NCBI RefSeq assembly: GCF_009914755.1 | Contig: NC_060928.1 | Direction: 5' to 3' (one strand) | Length of the DNA stretch: 64,000 bases | Source: the human T2T-CHM13v2.0 reference genome, Homo sapiens | In this document: one piece after another, positions 57,230 to 64,000 of the stretch | Layout of the letters: each line of letters begins with the position of its first letter | Position numbering within the stretch: position 1 is the stretch's first letter | Notes under the pieces: model-generated | Database searches by the model: none | Told to the model about the DNA's origin: nothing | What the model saw: only the letters and a program-made list of their open reading frames with translations | Position numbers and translations under genes: made by a program

Positions 57230-58462
57230 GTGTAAGAGTGTATATACATGTGTAACATTCAACTAGTGATGTATACATGTTTAGTACACTAACAAATGAT
57301 AATGTTATTACTAAGTGTTAGTGACTCTTCAAGCCCAGGATTTTGTTTATGCCAAAGCCAGTGCTCTCACCTTATTAGGGCCAAAGTCACAGGCTTCTCA
57401 TTCTCTTACTGCTTTGACACAGAGTACAAAAAAATGATTTTTTCTCCTTTTTCTTTTCTTTTTCTTTAAAATTCTGTGTGTAATCAGGGATTTCATTTCA
57501 GGCATCATGATGGTTCAAAGAGTTATACAGAGAAAACCTAGTCCTAAATAATATAAGGTTGCAAGGTAAGATTGAACCTGTCTACTTTTTTTATTTTTTT
57601 TAAGTATCATTATTTTGTTTGGTTAGTTGAGTTAAAAGTTTAGCATTTTACACAGGAATATTGTACCTAATTGATTATATAAAAAACCTTCAAATATAGA
57701 CCTACTATATAAATATGGACTCTACTATAAACTGAAAGAGATTTGTATTTTATGATTTCATATACAACCTTTGTAACTAATGCGAGTATATGCTTTGTTT
57801 CATAGCTACAATTAGCACACTAACACAAAAATACTCAGTTTTCAAAAAAATTCAGAGAAAGGGATTTACTTTAAAATCTGTAAATGTCTTCCCCTAAATC
57901 CAGCTGTAAATCTTATGATTCACTTCCATGTATATTTCAGGTCTCTGATTAACCTTGCTTTTTCTAAGCTCCCCCTGAACTGAATCTAATCACCGCACTG
58001 GGGCTCCGTAGGATAGGAACTCCTCTTAGGCTATCCACAATATCTTGTCTTATCCTATTATTTGTTTGCAGTCATTAGTTTTAGTTTAATTGTGGGATTA
58101 TATATATCTTGTTGGCAGTCCTATTGACCAAACAACTGGCTAACAATGCAAAACTGAATGTTTTGCTTCAGGCTATGTTTCATGGTAGTCACATAGAGGA
58201 ATGCTAGTTTCTAGTTCTCTACTTACAAAGAGATTCCAGTAGAGTCAGATAAAACAATAGCTCCAATCTACTACATAGACCCAAATATATTTATTTTTGT
58301 GAAGCTTTTTTCCTATTATATTAAACAGCCTCTCTTCTATGTTACTGCATTTTTTAGCTATATTGGTAATCAAATACCACATTTATTATTGTTGTTTTTT
58401 TTTTCATGTATGACTCTAATTTTGCTTCCATAGACCTTGGGTTGTTAGAAATCAGCAGAGGT

Positions 58463-58752
58463 GGCCGGGTGCAGTGGCTCATGCCTGTAATCCCAGCACT
58501 TTGGGAGGCCGAGGCGGGCAGATCACAAGGTCAAGAAATCGAGACCACCCTGGCTAACACAGTGAAACCCCGTCTCTAATAAAAATACAAAAAATTAGCC
58601 GGCCGTGGTGTCAGGCGCCTCTAGTCCCAGCTACTCGGGAGGCTGAGGCAGGAGAATGGTGTGAAACCAGGAGGTGGAGCTTGCAGTGAGCCGAGATCGC
58701 ACCACTGTGCTTCTGCCTGGGGGACAGAGCAAGACTCCGTCTCAAAAAAAAA
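58463..58752 (+). mobile_element. Alu SINE, AluY/Sc-like
   Basis: CTGGCTAACAC, GAGAATGGTGTGAA, GGAGCTTGCAG; TSD AGAAAT(C/T)AGCAGA at 58447 and 58752. Confidence 0.95.
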
Positions 58753-58849
58753 GAAATTAGCAGAAGCCATTTATTATTTTATTTATCTCAATTTAATTCA
58801 TACCTATCATAGTTTCTGACTAGAATAATAATGCATTACCCTTACATTT

Positions 58850-59025
58850 CCATTACATTTTCTGTGTGCCAGATGCTGTTCTATGCGCTTTACTCATTCC
58901 ATTACCCAGTGGTACTATGAGGTTAGTTGTGTCATTCCCATTGAAGAGATGGGTAACCAAGTCATAGCAACAAAAGCCTTTCATAATGTATCCTAGATTC
59001 CTGGCTTTGAAGTTGGGACTCTCAA
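58850..59025 (-). mobile_element. MIR
   Basis: TGTGTGCCAGATGCTGTTCTATGCGCTTTAC...CTATGAGGT...CCCATT...AGATGGGTAACC. Confidence 0.7.
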
Positions 59026-59709
59026 TCATTATATTTTGGTATCTCAACAGAGTTTGTAATAATAAATAAATGCTTAAATAAATAATGGAAGATAGCACAG
59101 AAAGGAAGAAATAAAATAAGAAATGAAGGAAAGAAAGAACACAGCAAGGCAGCCAGGCAGAGAGGAAGGTAGAGAGGAAAGGTTAGTGTTTTACTCACAA
59201 CGAATGACATGATGAAAATAGAAAAAAATGTATAATTATCATCCATAGGAATGGCCAATGTAGTGTAATTTTTGTGTGTAAATATATATTGTAAATGTGT
59301 ATGTAAATATAATAGGTGGCATAAATGTAATATCTTTAAGCACAAAAATAATAAACTATTGAATGCAATGATATATGTGCAAGTTATGTATTTTATTCAC
59401 TTAACATTTTATGTGAATACAGGGCTCTTTCCCATATTGCTTCATTTTTTACTTCCTCACAAATAATATAGATATAGGTAGTTTGTGCATGATTGTGCTC
59501 ATCTGGCAAATGAGGATAATCCTGAGTAGATGAAGGGAGTCTTCCAAAAGCATCTGGGTAGCAGAATCAAGACTACTAGCATTAGACCTAATTCATAAGT
59601 CAGAAAAATGTTGTTTTCATCATTTTCTACCACTTAATAGCTTCATAATACGGCAGGTTAAGCAACCTCTCCATATTGTGTTCTTTTCTTTATAGAAATG
59701 AATATTTCT

Positions 59710-61050
59710 ATTATTTTCTAAACTCTAGATCCAGGTATTAAATTTCCCTATTCATATGGATATCATGCAGCACAACTTCAAACACCCCAAACTGTACTCG
59801 TGCTCTTCTCTTTAAACATTTTCCTCCTTTTGTGTGGCCAATGTAGAAATGTCCTCCTAAATTGTCTAGTCAAAAGTATAATAGCTATTCTTAACTACTT
59901 TCTTTCACTTATTACAACCAATCCATTACTAGGTCCCATTGACTCTGCTTCCAAAATTCAAATTGGCCACTGCAATTTACTATTATAGCTGCTGCCACAA
60001 CTCCAGCATAATCATCTGTGCTTACTTCTTGGACCTCATACCAACCTCCACTTCACTCAAAATGATCCAGTCACATGCGTCTTCTTTTCATCTTTTGAAC
60101 ACATTAAGTTCATTCCTCAGGGTTTTTGCTCTTGCGGTTATAACTGGCCACACCTCCTTCTAGATGCTTATCATTTAGAACTACTCAAATATTATCATAT
60201 CAAGTACGTACCATCAGACCACATTTCTTAGACTACCACACATCTTTGCTTTCTTTCCCAGACTTTTTATTAAATAAAATTATTTTTATTTTCTGTGCTG
60301 AATACATTACTACTTGAAGTAAACTTGTTTATTTGGGTATTTAGTTATTGATTTCAGTTTTGTTACACTATAAAATAACCTCTATAAAAGTAGTAATGAT
60401 CACTATGTAACTAACTTCAGTGCCTGCAACAGTCCCTGGCATACAGTGGACATTGGTAAATATTTACTGATTTCCATACCAACCTCCCAACTGTCCCCAT
60501 GATTTTGTTCCTGCCCCATCCAATTCACACACTAAGGGAGGTTTTTCAAACCACGCTTCACACTCGATTGAAGTGTCAGTTATGTGTTTTGTATTATCCT
60601 TATAAAATTTGTAAACTCTTTAAAATAGCCTGCCAGATGCTGTCTCTGTCTCTCTAAAATAATGTAATGTATCCCTGCTAGAAATCTCTGCTCTAGCTGC
60701 CTTGGCCTATTTCTCTCGCTCCATTGTGTCCCATTTTTCCTTCCTCTGTGTTTTCACCTGTGTTGTTCTGTCTACCTAAAAAATTATTCCCAACTTCCAG
60801 CTCTGTTTCCTTTAGGCAATTGTTTGCTCATTATTTAGGACACAACTTGAAATACAAATTTCACTTGGAAGCATTTCGTTCTCTGACTAGATTATGCCCC
60901 TAGGTTTAATGTTCCCATAGCACCCTCTGCTTACATGTTTATTTTCTCTCTTTCTTGCTAAACTATACTTTCAATGAGTTATGTCCTCTCTACTCTGGTG
61001 TCTTTGGTAGCCCGCCACCTATATTATTGCATTATTTTATGCATTATTGA
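59710..61050 (+). mobile_element. L2 fragments
   Basis: CTCTGCTTCCAAAAT, CCTCAGGGTTTTTGCTCTTGC, CAGTGCCTGCAACAGTCCCTGGCATACAGTGG...TAAATATTTACTGA (3' end near 60470), then TGTTCCCATAGCACCCTCTGCTTAC. Confidence 0.65.
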
Positions 61051-61329
61051 ATAGATGGTGGTAAAGAAAACCATGTGGTTGAATAAGAAAGCCAGAGAAT
61101 GTGAGTCAAATGGGAAAACCAGTGAGACGGGAATGGGATCCCAAGAAAATTCAGAGTTGGAGAGGAATGTAAAACCACTGAAAGAGATCAAGGGGAAGGG
61201 GAGAAAACAAAGGTATTAGGGGAAGAGAATACTGCAAGCCCCATGCTCCTTTCTCTTTTGTTTCCTTTATTCCATCTGTTTTGGTAAATTAAGGTACACT
61301 GACATTGGTGATGTGTCAAGCATAATTCT

Positions 61330-61510
61330 GACCCCTTTCTATACACCATTCCATTTCATCCTCAGTATGGACACTATGGGATAAGCACTCTTTGCAACTT
61401 GACGAAGGCATAAACAGACTCAGGAACTTTCCAAGGAAATAACTCTAGTAAGTGGCTGATTAACACAGAAATCCACTTTCCTACTCCTTTGTTTACTGCC
61501 TCTTCTGCTA
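61330..61510 (-). mobile_element. MIR fragment
   Basis: TTTCATCCTCA...GACTCAGGAACTTTCCAAGG...CTAGTAAGTGGC. Confidence 0.5.
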
Positions 61511-63309
61511 CCACATATTTACAAAATTCTAAGTCCATCAATTGTGCTGTTTTTATGTTTTGGTCTCAAATTGTGTGTATGCACACACATTATACTACCT
61601 CCCATCTCCCCTCACCCTACAATTAACTAGTGACAGCTATACACACATCTTAAATGTTATCAACTTTCATTGCATAAATCAAATGATAACATAGGCTTTT
61701 TTTTTTAAATATTATAAGTAAGAAATACAAAAGATAATGAGATGCTTGAGTGTCTTGATATGAAAGCAAAAATTTAATTTGCTTATGCTTTATACTTGTT
61801 TGGGTAGATTCTTACCCTTTTATTACATATTCAACTTTATTGTTAATAACATTTATATCTTTAGTAAGTGTATACAAGGACTTTCCCTGTTTTATTCTAA
61901 ACCTAGTCACCTAGATCACTTGTGGATTCAAGAGAAAATGAGTAAAACTAGAGCTTTTAAAAATAACCACCTTCCTTTCATTTTGAAAATTGAACTGGTA
62001 AATATGCATGCCTTGTGATACTAGGGAAATGATAAACAGATAAATGAGTGATATTGAAAATATAGGCAATACAAGTGTTCTATATTTCTTGTAAAGAAAT
62101 TTTATATGTTGTTGTACAGGTAAAACAAATTTGTCATTAATGAAAACTTTCCTACATTTCTACACTGGAATGAGTACTCAATAATTAGCATTATTATCCA
62201 GTTGGTAACAAGAAAAATTTCAATTTTTCTAAATCTCCGGTATTACTCATTGCTCTAAATAGCTAAATATTTAATTAACCAACACAATTTCTTTTATTTT
62301 GCCTCATTTGTATTGTTTTCCAAGTAGTATTTCCTGCTTTGACAATTATCAGTTAAAATGGACTCTATTCAACATCACGAAGAAAATATAAACCAGTTCC
62401 AAATTTACTAATTTTGTGGTAGATATTTTCAAATAATGAATATTTGCAAAAACAATGAAATAGTCACATGGTTTTGGAGAGGAATTGCTCAAGTCATTAA
62501 ATTGGTGGATCAGAAAATATTATTTTGTTAAGTTAAAAAATAGATGCACAAGGCATCTGCTAACGTTCCATGTTAGTCCTTGAGATATTGTGACTTTCTG
62601 ATAATCAAAATCTTATTAGATGGTTGGGCACTAAGAGATTTAAGAAGGTGGGTCTATTAATCTGTGACTTATTGCCAGATCCACAATTACCAGGAATTCA
62701 TCAGTGGTTGATAAAATATAAGTTGTTATAAAGAAAATTTTAAAAAGATAGTTGTTTAATTTAAAATGACATAAAGCGAATTGCTATCCTAGAGGAGTGC
62801 TATGTTAAGCAAGCCCAAATTTAGGCAATTCATCCTTCATATTAAATATTTTTAAAGAATGACCTAAAGTTATTTATGCCAAAGGAGATCAAAGTCCAGC
62901 ATTTATTTAGGTAGATGTTGAGTTGTAATTAACATTCTATGTTGAGTTACTAACATAAAGGAGCTATAAGTAATTACAAGATGTATAAGCATAACAGCAA
63001 AATATTTTAAAATCAAGTAAATGTATTTTTCAAATAAAAATGTAATAGAGAAAAGTATGATAAAAATATATATAAACAGCAACTCTTTACATACTTGAAT
63101 TTCAGAGAAAATATTAGGCCTAATACATTTTATGTCATTTGGTAAATTTTGTATTGTGCTTACATATCTTTCATTATGTTAACTTTGCAGCACCTGGAAC
63201 ACAATATTTCATCATATCCAACTTATTAAAAAAAAAGCATAGTAGAAATAGTACACTGTCAGAAGATTAGCAAATTTGATGTGACTCTCTGCCGTGTAAT
63301 AGGCAAATA

Positions 63310-63690
63310 AATGCTGCACAACCATACAATGGGTAAATGTATCATGGCACATTCATACAATGCAATGCTGTCTAGCAAAACATAAAGAACAAACTACAGC
63401 TTAAAGTAACACGGGCATAAATATTATGAAATGATGAGCTGAGCATGAAACAATCTATATTACATTATTCATATATATACAGTGAAAACTGGTCAAACTA
63501 AACTAGTTGTCAGAAGTCATGATAGTAGCTAACTTTTGAAGTTTCCAGTGATGGGGAGAATGGATAATATCAGTAAGTATAAGAGGAACTTTGGACAGTG
63601 TGGAAGTTTCTATTTATTGATATGGTATATATCAAAATACGTACTTATAATTTGTTATGTAAAATATACTATGATAAAGTATTTGTTTTT
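63310..63690 (+). mobile_element. L1ME 3' fragment
   Basis: CATTCATACAATGCAATGCT, AAGAACAAACTACAGCT, GGTCAAACTAAACTA, GAAGTCATGATAGTAG, GTTTCTATTTATTGAT. Confidence 0.65.
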
Positions 63691-64000
63691 AAAGGAATAA
63701 TGAAAATTGTATATAAATGGAAAGTTGCTATATGTATATTGCTGGACATTATGAAATTTAAACTGTTTGCCCAGATTAATGTAATGACCATTAATGAGAG
63801 AACAAGTCTTGCCAACAAATCTTCATCTTGATCTTTAAAAAACTTAAACATACTGTATAAAATTAAGAAAATACAGGTGTTCTACATAGTTATAATAATA
63901 GTTCAATGTAAGCCAAAGAACCATAGGCATAGTAGAAGATGTTAGGAGCCAATGTTAAGATCTACTACTATACTTATTTCCAAAAGCACCTTTTAATACT

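Overview
AT-rich, gene-poor hominid (human or great-ape) genomic DNA. I see no CpG island, protein-coding exon, tRNA/rRNA or CRISPR array that I can support. The window is mostly layered interspersed repeats: about 17 Alu/FLAM copies (J, S, Y), a 2-kb 5'-truncated L1PA2-like element, an older L1PA fragment, old L1M/HAL1, L2, L3 and MIR remnants, MaLR LTRs (THE1C, MLT1), ERV1 LTRs (MER67-like, LOR1-like), DNA-transposon MITEs (MADE1, MER5, Tigger4a) and simple repeats. Subfamily names come from recalled consensus sequences, not a search. Most long ORFs in the track come from repeats or low-complexity sequence. Best-supported oddities: an L1 and an AluY inserted at the same endonuclease nick (one target site present three times), a cluster of five non-CpG substitutions in the L1, three closely spaced AluY in alternating orientation, and a 34/36-nt direct duplication about 2 kb apart. 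Weaker items are non-coding exon candidates and enhancer-like motif clusters. I cannot support a new biological system from this sequence alone.
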